From an uncultured candidatus Porisulfidus sp. (GTDB taxonomy: Bacteria; Pseudomonadota; Gammaproteobacteria; Poriferisulfidales; Poriferisulfidaceae): 64,000 bases of DNA. The position numbers and the translations under genes are program-made. Positions within the stretch are counted from its first letter, which is position 1; each line of letters begins with the position of its first letter. The notes under the pieces are model-generated. The model ran no database searches, was not told where the DNA came from, and saw only the letters and a program-made list of their open reading frames with translations. The stretch is taken from the NCBI GenBank assembly GCA_965116025.1, contig OZ220480.1, positions 193,335-257,334 on the forward strand. Reading direction: 5' to 3'. Positions 51,591 to 61,327 of this stretch are shown piece after piece.

Positions 51591-53486
51591 TTGACGCTGC
51601 TGGCGGCGTCGCTGTCGGCGCTGTCGCTGTCGGCGCGGGCGGAGACGATCAACCTGTACGGGTGGCAGAACCACTCGTGGGAGTTCGTGGACATCGACGG
51701 CGGGCGCAGCTTCGACCGCATCCAGTCGAACGCCGGGAACATCGGCTTCTCGGCCAGCGTGGACACCGGCATGAGCGACATAAAGGTGAACCTGCAGTGC
51801 GAGCAGTTCACCTACTACAACCACTTCGCCGGCGGCACCGGCTGGTGCAACCGCAACTCCAAGATCGGGCTGGCGCACCCGATGGCCGGCGAGATCATGT
51901 TCGCCACCTGGCTGCTGCCGTACAACGAGGGCGTGGCCCAGTGGGTGGACCCGTTCTACGACGCCGGGGCCGACTCGCACACCAGCATCATGGGCTCGGT
52001 CGGCGCGAACACCATCTTCTACAACACCGGCGACTTCGACCAGCAGGCGTCGGCGTCGGGGCCGGCGACCGGCTTCTCCGGGGCGGAGTTCAACTACGCC
52101 GGGGCCGGCTACGACACCGGCTTCAACCGGCGCCAGGAGAACATCATCCAGTACTGGTCGCCGAACTGGAACGGCTTCGTGTTCCGCTTCGCCTGGACGG
52201 CCGGCAACCGCGACGAGACGATGGCGCCGACCGGCGGCGGGAAGATCGACCCGGTGATCCGCTCGAGCAGCCTGGCGTACACGAACGGCCCGCTGTGGCT
52301 GGCGGCGACCTGGCAGGACCACGAGGACTGGACGGCGGTCTCGGTCGGGGAGATGGAGAGCTCGGACGCGGAGAGCTTCCGCCTGGCCGGGCGCTACATC
52401 ATGGACCTGGGCGACGGCATGAGCGTTCAATTGTCGGCCATGTGGGAGACTTTGGAGTACGAGTTCCACGGCGTGACCACGGTCGAGAAGGCGATGGCGG
52501 CGTTCGGCTACGGGAACTTCGCGTCCTCCTACGCCGAGCCGATCTACGCCATGGACATGGCCACCAAGAAGGTGGACGAGACGGTCATGGACCCCACCCA
52601 GGCCGAGATCGACGCCCAGATGACCCGCGGGCTCGCCATCCAGCTGCTCACGGATGACCGAGGACGGGAGAAAGAGGACGATGATGGCAACAGCTTTTTG
52701 GCTACCGCTCTAGGCCAGGAAATAGTGACGACGGCCGCTCCCAACAAGCCCGCCGAGTGGACGTTCAAAGAAATAGATGCCAGTGCTGACCTGCCAACGA
52801 CTACGGTCATAGGAGAGTACCGGCAGTATCTTAGTACCGCCCTCAAGAAAATCGCCGGTCCGGGCGGACATCAAACCTCGGGGCTCATCTACAGCGTGAA
52901 TCCCGTGAAGCATCGCCAGTCGCAGCCGTTCTGGACCACCCGGCTGACCTCCACGGAGCTCACGGTCCTGAAGCTGGGCTACGCGACGACCATGATCGCC
53001 TCATCCGGGGAGAATCAGAAAGTGTTTGGCGACCCTGCGCTGTACACGGCGATCATGAACGCGGCGAAGGAAAATGCCAAAACGAAAAAGCAGATGGACA
53101 AGGAGGCGGAGATGAAGAAGGTGGAGGACGCCCGGATGGCCAAGAGCATGGGCTCGAACGTGAAGATCGAGCGGGACGCCTGGATGGTGTCGGGCAAGAT
53201 CAAGTTCGGCGGCCCGCTGGACTTCCGCTTCTCCTACATGGACGCCGACGACCTGGAGCTGTCATGCAACTACTGCATGGGAGACTGGGACGAGACGGCG
53301 GCGGACGCCTGGAACGTCGGGGTGTTCTACACGATGCCGGCGGGGACCGAGCTGCGGCTGACGTATTCGGAGGTCAACAACGACGACAACGGGACCTACG
53401 GGCAGGGCATCTCGGGGACCGGGCTGGGGACGGCTGGCGCGGAGATCGAGATGTTCGCGCTGGGGATCGTGCACTGGTTCGACTGA
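51591..53486 (+). CDS. porin-like family copy 7 (N-form A, cassette type Z)
   Basis: Same 5' box as copies 2 and 5. No ATG (TTG at 51591). Intact frameworks. Confidence 0.7.
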   Translation: MTLLAASLSALSLSARAETINLYGWQNHSWEFVDIDGGRSFDRIQSNAGNIGFSASVDTGMSDIKVNLQCEQFTYYNHFAGGTGWCNRNSKIGLAHPMAGEIMFATWLLPYNEGVAQWVDPFYDAGADSHTSIMGSVGANTIFYNTGDFDQQASASGPATGFSGAEFNYAGAGYDTGFNRRQENIIQYWSPNWNGFVFRFAWTAGNRDETMAPTGGGKIDPVIRSSSLAYTNGPLWLAATWQDHEDWTAVSVGEMESSDAESFRLAGRYIMDLGDGMSVQLSAMWETLEYEFHGVTTVEKAMAAFGYGNFASSYAEPIYAMDMATKKVDETVMDPTQAEIDAQMTRGLAIQLLTDDRGREKEDDDGNSFLATALGQEIVTTAAPNKPAEWTFKEIDASADLPTTTVIGEYRQYLSTALKKIAGPGGHQTSGLIYSVNPVKHRQSQPFWTTRLTSTELTVLKLGYATTMIASSGENQKVFGDPALYTAIMNAAKENAKTKKQMDKEAEMKKVEDARMAKSMGSNVKIERDAWMVSGKIKFGGPLDFRFSYMDADDLELSCNYCMGDWDETAADAWNVGVFYTMPAGTELRLTYSEVNNDDNGTYGQGISGTGLGTAGAEIEMFALGIVHWFD

Positions 53487-53508
53487 CCCGTTGGGTCACT
53501 CACGGCAA

Positions 53509-53540
53509 TGAGCGGGCGCCTTCGGGCGCCCGCTTTCTTA
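53509..53540 (+). terminator. rho-independent terminator of copy 7
   Basis: GCGGGCGCC-ttcg-GGCGCCCGC followed by TTTCTT. Confidence 0.7.
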
Positions 53541-54030
53541 TGGGCTCAGGAATTCCTGACAGGTCCGCCACCAGGCGGGACCAAGACGATGGCCAGCCTC
53601 GAGACCGAGACGGACCCGCTTCGGGCGGTCGCGCAGGCGCTTGGAGTGATGCCACGAAAGCCGTGCGGGACGCTCCGGCTTCAGGCTTTCATCAAGGATC
53701 GGAAACTCGATAGTTCCAGGGATCGATAGGCTGACCCCTGTTCGTCGCCGCGCGGGAAGTCTGCTTGATCAAGGACGACGGACCTCTCACTCCCTTTCCT
53801 CCTCGAGACGCGCGCCGATCCACGCCCTCCGATTTCTCACCGCGTCTCTTAGATCCAAGCGATATCAAGAATTCTCGGTCCACCGCACCACCTTGTGGTG
53901 GATCGGGTCATCCCGATCCGGTCTGCCGCGAGCGAATGGCCTTCCGAGCGTGTGGCGGGCGCGTCGAAGCCAGGCCTCGCGTCCGCCGGCGCTGGCCCGA
54001 CTCCCGATCTGGCCGCGAAACGCCGGACCC

Positions 54031-54063
54031 AAAGAAAGCGGGCGCCCGAAGGCGCCCGCTCGC
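54031..54063 (-). terminator. rho-independent terminator of copy 8
   Basis: Mirror GC hairpin plus T-tract. Confidence 0.7.
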
Positions 54064-54084
54064 TATCGTGGATGACCCAACGGG

Positions 54085-55998
54085 TCAGTCGAACCAATGC
54101 ACGATCCCCAGCGCGAACATCTCGATCTCCGCCCCCGGCGTCCCCAGCCCGGTTCCCGAGATGCCCTGCCCGTAGGTCCCGTTGTCGTCGTTGTTGACTT
54201 CCGAATACGTCAGCCGCAGCTCGGTCCCCGCCGGCATCGTGTAGAACACCCCCACGTTCCAGGCGTCCGCCGCCGTCTCGTCCCAGTCTCCCATGCAGTA
54301 GTTGCATGACAGCTCCAGGTCGTCGGCGTCCATGTAGGAGAAGCGGAAGTCCAGCGGGCCGCCGAACTTGATCTTGCCTGACACCATCCAGGCGTCCCGC
54401 TCGATCTTGACATTGGAGCCCATGCTCTTGGCCATCCGGGCCGCCTCCACATCCTTCACCTTCTTGTCATGAGCCGTTTTCGCGGCCGTCTCCTTCATCT
54501 CCTTGGCATTGGTCTTCGCCTGCGTCATGATCGCCGTGTACAGTTGTTGGAAACCCCACACCGGATCGCTTGTCGAAGGACTGGTGTCTGGGCCTGGCCG
54601 CGCGAGGGCCGTGAGCTCCGTGGAGGTCAGCCGGGTGGTCCAGAACGGCTGCTTCTGGCGAAGCTCCACGTAATCCCCGCCAGCGTTATATGCAACTCTG
54701 TTGTCAAAAAGAAATTTGTTGTACTCTCCGTACACCGTGGTCGTCGGAAGGTTGCTGTTATTGGTACTGGTGAATCTCCACGCGGTGGGATCGCCCGGCT
54801 TGTCGTTCGTGTTTATGGTATGGGCTATGGCGTTAATTACTCCCTGTTGATCGGTAGCTACAGGATTGCTTGCGCTTGCCCTATACAGTTTAAACAATCC
54901 CCGGTCATCCGTGATCAACTCGATGGCGAGCCCACGGGTCTTCTGCGCGTCGATCTCGGCCTGGGTGGGGGCCGCCACCTCCCCCATCGGGTCCACCTTC
55001 TTGGTGGTCTCGTCCATGGCGTAGATCGGCTCGGCGTAGGAGGACGCGAAGTTCCCGTAGCCGAACGCCGCCATCGCCTTCTCGACCGTGGTCACGCCGT
55101 GGAACTCGTACTCCAAAGTCTCCCACATGGCCGACAATTGAACGCTCATGCCGTCGCCCAGGTCCATGATGTAGCGCCCGGCCAGACGGAAGCTCTCCGC
55201 GTCCGAGCTCTCCATCTCCCCGACCGAGACCGCCGTCCAGTCCTCGTGGTCCTGCCAGGTCGCCGCCAGCCACAGCGGGCCGTTCGTGTACGCCAGGCTG
55301 CTCGAGCGGATCACCGGGTCGATCTTGGGGCCGGCCGCGTAATTACCTTTGGCGTCCTTGAGCGCGTGGGTCTCGTCGCGATTGCCGGCCGTCCAGGCGA
55401 AGCGGAACACGAAGCCGTTCCAGTTCGGCGACCAGTACTGGATGATGTTCTCCTGGCGCCGGTTGAAGCCGGTGTCGTAGCCGCCCCCGGCGTAGTTGAA
55501 CTCGTTGCCGGAGAAGCCAGTGCCAGGATTGGACGCCGACGCCTGCTGGTCGAAGTCGCCGGTGTTGTAGAAGATGGTGTTGGCCCCGACCGAGCCCATG
55601 ATGCTGGTGTGCGAGTCGGCCCCGGCGTCGTAGAACGGGTCCACCCATTGGGCCACGCCCTCGTTGTACGGCAGCAGCCAGGTGGCGAACATGATCTCGC
55701 CGGCCATCGGATGCGCCAGCCCGATCTTGGAGTTGCGGTTGCACCAGCCGGTGCCGCCGGCGAAGTGGTTGTAGTAGGTGAACTGCTCGCACTGCAGGTT
55801 CACCTTTATGTCGCTCATGCCGGTGTCCACGCTGGCCGAGAAGCCGATGTTCCCGGCGTTCGACTGAATGCGGTCGAAGCTGCGCCCGCCGTCGATGTCC
55901 ACGAACTCCCACGAGTGGTTCTGCCACCCGTACAGGTTGATCGTCTCCGCCCGCGCCGACAGCGACAGCGCCGACAGCGACGCCGCCAGCAGCGTCAA
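54085..55998 (-). CDS. porin-like family copy 8 (N-form B, cassette type Z')
   Basis: Intact frameworks. The N-terminus reads ...TTGIQKPFLIPLTLL, with ATT in place of the ATG of copy 6 and no RBS. Confidence 0.7.
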   Translation of the reverse strand: MTLLAASLSALSLSARAETINLYGWQNHSWEFVDIDGGRSFDRIQSNAGNIGFSASVDTGMSDIKVNLQCEQFTYYNHFAGGTGWCNRNSKIGLAHPMAGEIMFATWLLPYNEGVAQWVDPFYDAGADSHTSIMGSVGANTIFYNTGDFDQQASASNPGTGFSGNEFNYAGGGYDTGFNRRQENIIQYWSPNWNGFVFRFAWTAGNRDETHALKDAKGNYAAGPKIDPVIRSSSLAYTNGPLWLAATWQDHEDWTAVSVGEMESSDAESFRLAGRYIMDLGDGMSVQLSAMWETLEYEFHGVTTVEKAMAAFGYGNFASSYAEPIYAMDETTKKVDPMGEVAAPTQAEIDAQKTRGLAIELITDDRGLFKLYRASASNPVATDQQGVINAIAHTINTNDKPGDPTAWRFTSTNNSNLPTTTVYGEYNKFLFDNRVAYNAGGDYVELRQKQPFWTTRLTSTELTALARPGPDTSPSTSDPVWGFQQLYTAIMTQAKTNAKEMKETAAKTAHDKKVKDVEAARMAKSMGSNVKIERDAWMVSGKIKFGGPLDFRFSYMDADDLELSCNYCMGDWDETAADAWNVGVFYTMPAGTELRLTYSEVNNDDNGTYGQGISGTGLGTPGAEIEMFALGIVHWFD

Positions 55999-56093
55999 TG
56001 GGATTAGAAATGGTTTTTGAATCCCAGTTGTGGCAAAATTAGTCTAGAGTTTCCCGTTAGACGGGTTTCCGAATAAACTGACTGGTCAAAATC

Positions 56094-56366
56094 ATGCCTA
56101 AATACATTATTGAACGCGAAATTCCCGGTGCAGGGAACTTGTCAGCCGAAGACCTGCATGACATTTCCCAAAAATCCTGCAGCATCTTAAATTCTATGGG
56201 ACCACAGATCCAATGGGTCGAGAGTTATGTGACGGACGATAAGGTCTACTGCACTTATATCGCTCCCAATGAGGACGCGGTCCGTGAACATGCCAAAAAA
56301 GGTGGATTTCCAGCCAATCGTATCTCTGAAGTGCGGGCGGTGATCAATCCCACGACCGGAGAATAA
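56094..56366 (+). CDS. small conserved hypothetical protein (DUF4242-like)
   Basis: MPKYIIEREIPGAGNLSAEDLHDISQKS...WVESYVTDDKVYCTYIAPNEDAVREHAKKGGFP. Confidence 0.5.
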   Translation: MPKYIIEREIPGAGNLSAEDLHDISQKSCSILNSMGPQIQWVESYVTDDKVYCTYIAPNEDAVREHAKKGGFPANRISEVRAVINPTTGE

Positions 56367-56369
56367 GCG

Positions 56370-56699
56370 ATGCCCGAAATGAGCGCGTTGGGTCGGATCC
56401 GGGAACAGGTTACCGGAAATCCTGTTATCCTGTATATGAAAGGTACGCCCCAGATGCCGCAATGCGGTTTCTCCAGTCGCGTCGCGCAGGCCCTGATGGA
56501 GTGTGGCGAGGAGTTCGCTTACGTAAACGTCCTGATGGATCAAGAAGTTTTTCAGGATCTGCCGAAATTCGCCGATTGGCCGACTTTTCCCCAGTTGTAT
56601 ATCGGTGGCGAACTGATTGGCGGTTGCGATATCGCCATGGAATTGCACCAGAAAGGAGATCTTCAGGAAATGGTGCGGAAGGCGCGCGCGAGTGCTTAA
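56370..56699 (+). CDS. grxD: monothiol glutaredoxin Grx4/GrxD
   Basis: VILYMKGTPQMPQCGFSSRVAQAL with a CGFS active site...WPTFPQLYIGGELIGGCDI. Confidence 0.9.
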   Translation: MPEMSALGRIREQVTGNPVILYMKGTPQMPQCGFSSRVAQALMECGEEFAYVNVLMDQEVFQDLPKFADWPTFPQLYIGGELIGGCDIAMELHQKGDLQEMVRKARASA

Positions 56700-57365
56700 T
56701 CAGCTCGAAGGTTCTCTCTGATCCTGCGCGGGATGTCCCGCGCGGGCCGCGTTCTGGTATTGGTCTCGCCAATAGTTGACGATCATGCAGAACACTCGCG
56801 CCGTCATGGCGGCGTCATAGTTGGCGCTGTGCGCCTGGCTCTCGTCCCAGCCAAGTCCCGCTCGTTCCGCGATCCTCGATAGCACCGTTTGTCCAAACGC
56901 TACCGCCCCCAAGCTGACCGTATCCAGTGTACTGAACGGGTGAAACGGATTTCTCTTGATTCGGCAACGCTCACAAGCGGCATTGATAACCGCTAGATCG
57001 AACGCCGCGTTGTGCCCAAGCAAAACCGCTCGCTGACAGTGATGCTCTCGAACCGCTTTCCGGATCGCCTTGAAAATGGTTTCCAGAGCCTTTTTCTCAG
57101 ATATCGCCTCGCGTTCAGGATCATGCGGATCAATGCCAATCAACTGCAGTGAGGCCGGATCGGTCCGAGCTCCTTCGAACGGATGGACCGCGAGGGAAAT
57201 GGGACTCTCGGGGAACAGATAACCGTCGGCGTCCATGCGCAACAATACCGCCGAGACTTCCAACAACGCGTCGGTTTCTGGAACCAGCCCACCGGTTTCC
57301 ACGTCCACCGCGACCGGCAGGAAACCGCGAAATCGGTTTTCTAGACTAATCCCTGTCATTTCCAT
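56700..57365 (-). CDS. rnt: ribonuclease T
   Basis: DEDDh exonuclease motifs (VAVDVETGGL, HNAAFDLAVI, ANYDAAMTARVF). Confidence 0.85.
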   Translation of the reverse strand: MEMTGISLENRFRGFLPVAVDVETGGLVPETDALLEVSAVLLRMDADGYLFPESPISLAVHPFEGARTDPASLQLIGIDPHDPEREAISEKKALETIFKAIRKAVREHHCQRAVLLGHNAAFDLAVINAACERCRIKRNPFHPFSTLDTVSLGAVAFGQTVLSRIAERAGLGWDESQAHSANYDAAMTARVFCMIVNYWRDQYQNAARAGHPAQDQREPSS

Positions 57366-57436
57366 TCCCCTGCACTCAGGTCTCCCCCTTATAATATCAA
57401 CCCGCTTTCACCGGCGCTTCGCCAAGTCTCTCCATC

Positions 57437-58648
57437 ATGTCGAAATACCGCAAGGTCGTGTTAGCGTATTCGGGAGGTTTAGACACATCGATCATCCTGA
57501 AATGGTTGCAGGAACGCTACGAATGCGAAGTCGTAACGTACACTGCCGATTTGGGCCAGCAAGAGAATCTCGAACCAGCCCGGCAACGGGCGCGAGCGTT
57601 GGGCATCCAAAATATAAGGATTGAGGACCTGCGCGAGACGTTCGCGCGGGACTATATTTTTCCGATGTTGCGGGCCAACCCTTTGTATGAGGGACAGTAT
57701 CTTCTTGGCACCGCGATCGCCCGGCCGCTCATCGCGGCGGGAATGGCGCGGGCCGCGCGCGAGACAGGAGCCGACGCGGTCGCGCATGGCGCGACCGGGA
57801 AAGGAAACGATCAGGTGCGTTTCGAACTGGCTATCCGCGCGCTGAATCCGAACTTGGGCATTATCGCTCCATGGCGAGAATGGGATCTGAGGTCCCGGGC
57901 CGACTTGCTCGCGTACGCGGGACGAAATGGCATTGAGGTCGAACGAAATCCAGATGGTGGGAGCCCCTACTCAATGGATGCCAATCTGTTGCACATCTCT
58001 TACGAGGGAGGGGTTCTGGAAGATCCGAATGCCGCCCCACCCGTCGATATGTGGCGTTGGACCACGGACCCTCGGGAAGCTCCGGACGAGCCCCAGATAT
58101 TGCGTATCTCGTTCGAGGAGGGAGACCCCGTCGCCGTGGATGGGGAAGAATTGGAGCCAGCCGCGTTGATGAAGGCGGTTAACGCGGTTGCCGCGCGCCA
58201 TGGCATCGGCCGGGTCGACATGGTTGAGAACAGATATCTGGGCCTCAAGTCACGTGGGTGCTACGAGACTCCCGGCGGTACTGTGCTGATGGCCGCGCGC
58301 CGGGCAGTGGAATCGCTGACTCTGGATCGCGAGGTCGCGCACCTCAAGGAATCGCTAATGTCACGGTACGCGACGATGGTCTACAACGGCTACTGGTTCA
58401 GTCCAGAGCGCGAAGCCATGCAACGGATGATCGATTATTCCCGACAAGATGTTCGCGGAGAGGCCAGAATGCGCCTGTACAAAGGCTCGGTCACTGTGGA
58501 AGGCAGGCAGTCCCCCAACAGCCGGTATGACCCAACCCAGGCGACTTTTGAGGACGACCAAGGCCGGTTCGATCACACTGACGCCACGGGATTTATCCGG
58601 CTGTCCGGCCTGAGACTGGAATCCTGCCGACCTGTGGATGGTATATAG
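57437..58648 (+). CDS. argG: argininosuccinate synthase
   Basis: [19 protein letters not shown] (PP-loop) ... [13 protein letters not shown]. Confidence 0.9.
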   Translation: MSKYRKVVLAYSGGLDTSIILKWLQERYECEVVTYTADLGQQENLEPARQRARALGIQNIRIEDLRETFARDYIFPMLRANPLYEGQYLLGTAIARPLIAAGMARAARETGADAVAHGATGKGNDQVRFELAIRALNPNLGIIAPWREWDLRSRADLLAYAGRNGIEVERNPDGGSPYSMDANLLHISYEGGVLEDPNAAPPVDMWRWTTDPREAPDEPQILRISFEEGDPVAVDGEELEPAALMKAVNAVAARHGIGRVDMVENRYLGLKSRGCYETPGGTVLMAARRAVESLTLDREVAHLKESLMSRYATMVYNGYWFSPEREAMQRMIDYSRQDVRGEARMRLYKGSVTVEGRQSPNSRYDPTQATFEDDQGRFDHTDATGFIRLSGLRLESCRPVDGI

Positions 58649-58679
58649 TAGCCTAGCAACGTTCATGCCCCGGAAATCC

Positions 58680-59402
58680 ATGCATCGTCAACTCCGTTCT
58701 TCCGCCCTGTCATTGGCTTGCCTGTTGACGCTCTCTGTTCCCGCGCTAGCTGACGATCTCGCCCCCAACGATCCGCGTGATCCTTGGGAAGGATACAATC
58801 GCGCGATATACGGCTTCAACAAGGGAGTCGACTCGATGCTCTTGAAACCGGCCGCGCAAGCCTACGACGCGCTGACCCCGGAAGCGGTCGACCAAGGCAT
58901 CACCAATTTTTTCTCCAACCTCGGAGAGATCCGAAATTCGCTCAATAATTTCCTGCAGGGCAAGCCGGACAAGGGAGCCACTTCTCTCGCGCGGTTGCTG
59001 ATCAACACTACGGTCGGATTGCTTGGGTTCATTGATGTCGCTACCGAGGTTGGAATTCACAAATCCAAAGAGGACTTCGGTCAGACTCTTGGTGCTGGAG
59101 GGATCGAGCCTGGTCCTTATTTCGTGTTGCCATTTCTTGGCCCAAGCACGGTGCGCGACGCCATCGCCACACCTGTCGATATCGCCACCAATCCCTTCAC
59201 TTGGGCGGATGACAGCGAAGTCAGAGCCGTCGCCTTTGGGGTTCAAGTCGTGGATTATCGGGCTGACCTTCTGGATACGGAGGAGGCCGTTGAAGGCATT
59301 ACCGAGGATGAGTACGCGCTGGTGCGCAACGCCTATTTGGATCAGCGCCGGTTCGACGTAAGCGATGGCGCGGTCGCCGACGACTACGAGATAGAAGACT
59401 GA
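58680..59402 (+). CDS. mlaA: MlaA/VacJ-family lipoprotein
   Basis: Signal peptide, then DPWEGYNRAIYGFNKGVD...TTVGLLGFIDVATEVG...GPYFVLPFLGPSTVRD. The ORF track begins at 58638; the ATG at 58680 fits better. Confidence 0.8.
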   Translation: MHRQLRSSALSLACLLTLSVPALADDLAPNDPRDPWEGYNRAIYGFNKGVDSMLLKPAAQAYDALTPEAVDQGITNFFSNLGEIRNSLNNFLQGKPDKGATSLARLLINTTVGLLGFIDVATEVGIHKSKEDFGQTLGAGGIEPGPYFVLPFLGPSTVRDAIATPVDIATNPFTWADDSEVRAVAFGVQVVDYRADLLDTEEAVEGITEDEYALVRNAYLDQRRFDVSDGAVADDYEIED

Positions 59403-59692
59403 CGAGCGGCCCACCGACTAGGCGGATCGCTCGCCCACAGGTGCTTTCCTCGGCTTGGCTCTAACCGCAAAACAGCTTTTTCAGCCAAGCGCAGAACCCA
59501 CTGTTCTGGCTTTGTTGCCCCTCGCTTTGGCTTTGGGAATCGCTACACGAACCACTGTCGCTGGCCGCGGTGGAAGAACCGCCTGAACCGCTTCGGCTGA
59601 TCATTTGTTCGTGATGGCGTTTCAACACGGAATCTGTTGGTGCGCTCATTATCAGTTGGCCCTCGTGCCATTATCACTCTGACATTGTACAT

Positions 59693-61134
59693 AGTCGTTG
59701 CTGAAGTATCCGCCTCCGGTCATGCGGGACGGAGAGAAAATCGCCTCGAAAAGCTGAGGATCCGGCCTCGGAGGAGAAATTCCCGGAATTTTCTCCAGGC
59801 GCGGGAAAACCCGGCCAGAAGCTTGGCGAAGTCGTGCCCGGCCGCCGCCAGAACCGCGTTGGCGCGGTCGCCGGAGCGGCCTTTCAGCCGATTCCGATGC
59901 AGCCGGTGATCCGATTTCAGATGGCCGATGGTCGGCTCGATCACCGCCCGCCGCTTCATCCACTTCCGCGCCATTCGCGTCGCCGTCTTCGGGATCTTCC
60001 CCACCACATGCGCCCGCGTCTCTCCCGACACCCCGTGCCCCCGATACCCCTGGTCGCAGTAGACCCGCTTCGGCCGCTGGCCCGCCAGCCGCTCGATCCG
60101 CTCCAGCGCGGCGGCCAGCGTGCGCCCGTCATACGGGTTCCCCGCCAGGCTCATCGCCGACACCAGCCAGTTCCCCTTCGAGGTCGTCGCGAACGAGACC
60201 TTGCACCCGAACTCGTAACGCCGATGCGGCCTGCCCTTGGCGACGCGCTCCACCTCCGGCGCATGCACGCTGTACAGCTTGCCCTTGTCCTCGCGCTTCT
60301 GTTTCAGCAGGTGCTCGGATCGCTCCAGTAGCGTCTCCAGCGCCGCGTCCGGGCTCGGAACCTTCCGCCGAATGTCCCGCGCCACCCGCCCGAGCATCGT
60401 CTTCAAGGTGCGCTTCTGGCGCACGTACCCGTAACGCCCGCACAGGATCAGCGCCTTCTTCCCGACCCGCTGGTAGCTCTGCCGCAGAGCCACGCCGCGC
60501 TTCCACGCCTCCCGAACCAGCGCCGCCCGCGCCTTGTGATACAGCCGCGCGTCGGTCGGGAACGCCACCGCCTTCTCCTGCACCGTCGTGTCCACGTTCA
60601 CCCGCTCCAGCTCGCGCGCCCATGAACCCTTCCCGCCGCGCCACCCGGATCGTCCGCGTCAGCAAGCAGTCCAGACGCTCCCCCACCCGCTCTCGCCAGC
60701 ACGTCATGCCGCTCGAGTGCAGAGGCGCCTTCATCTGCATGCGCTCATAACCGCAGAACGCCTGCCAGTACGGGTTCTGCCGCCAGATCCAGACCACCCG
60801 CTCGTCGCTCATGCGCGCGCTTCAGAAAGTGGAGACCCGCCATCAGCCGGGTCGGCAACGGCAGCTGTCCCGGTCCGGGCGTGTGCAGGCCGCCGAGCTC
60901 CTCCTCCATCTCCTCCCAGTCGATCTTCTCGCCCAGAAGCGGCAAGGGCTCCTTCGGGTCCAGCATCTGGGACAGGCGGGCGCGGAACAGGTCGGCGTGA
61001 TTATCGGGCTTTTTCGGTTTCATGTTTCGCAAGGAATCGGCGCTCGAGCGCGGGAAAACTTGCGATGCGGCATACCCGAAAACGGATTCTATGTCAAGTG
61101 AATCAGGCAGTTAGGAATATTTCAGCAACGACTA
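59693..61134 (-). mobile_element. IS5-family insertion sequence, degenerate (transposase in three frames)
   Basis: Terminal inverted repeats share TAGTCGTTGCTGAA (59693-59706) and TTCAGCAACGACTA (61121-61134). The transposase is split into 60745..61032, ~60640..60812 and 59720..60601, all on the minus strand, with IS5-type motifs. Confidence 0.7.
59720..61032 (-). pseudogene. IS5-family transposase with two frameshifts
   Basis: N-terminal part MRNMKPKKPDNHADLFRARLSQMLD.... Middle part SDERVVWIWRQNPYWQAFCGYE.... C-terminal DDE part ...VYCDQGYRGHG... in a third frame. Confidence 0.7.
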
Positions 61135-61327
61135 AAATATCTGAAATAAATTAAACTTTATTCGGTGCAAGTAAGCCTGCCGGGAAGGTAGCGCGGTCGC
61201 AAAAAAGTTTTTAGCTTCGCCTGTTTTGGTGTCGTGTTATGATTATCAAACTTGACCAGATGGATTACTGACATCCTTGTGACCTTCCTTAAAAAACGTT
61301 TGATTTTTATTCGGGAAGAAAATTTTT

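Larger units (their letters stand above)
53487..54084. repeat. conserved inter-paralog spacer element, copy 4 of 4
   Basis: Mosaic of modules found in spacers 1-3. Confidence 0.8.
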
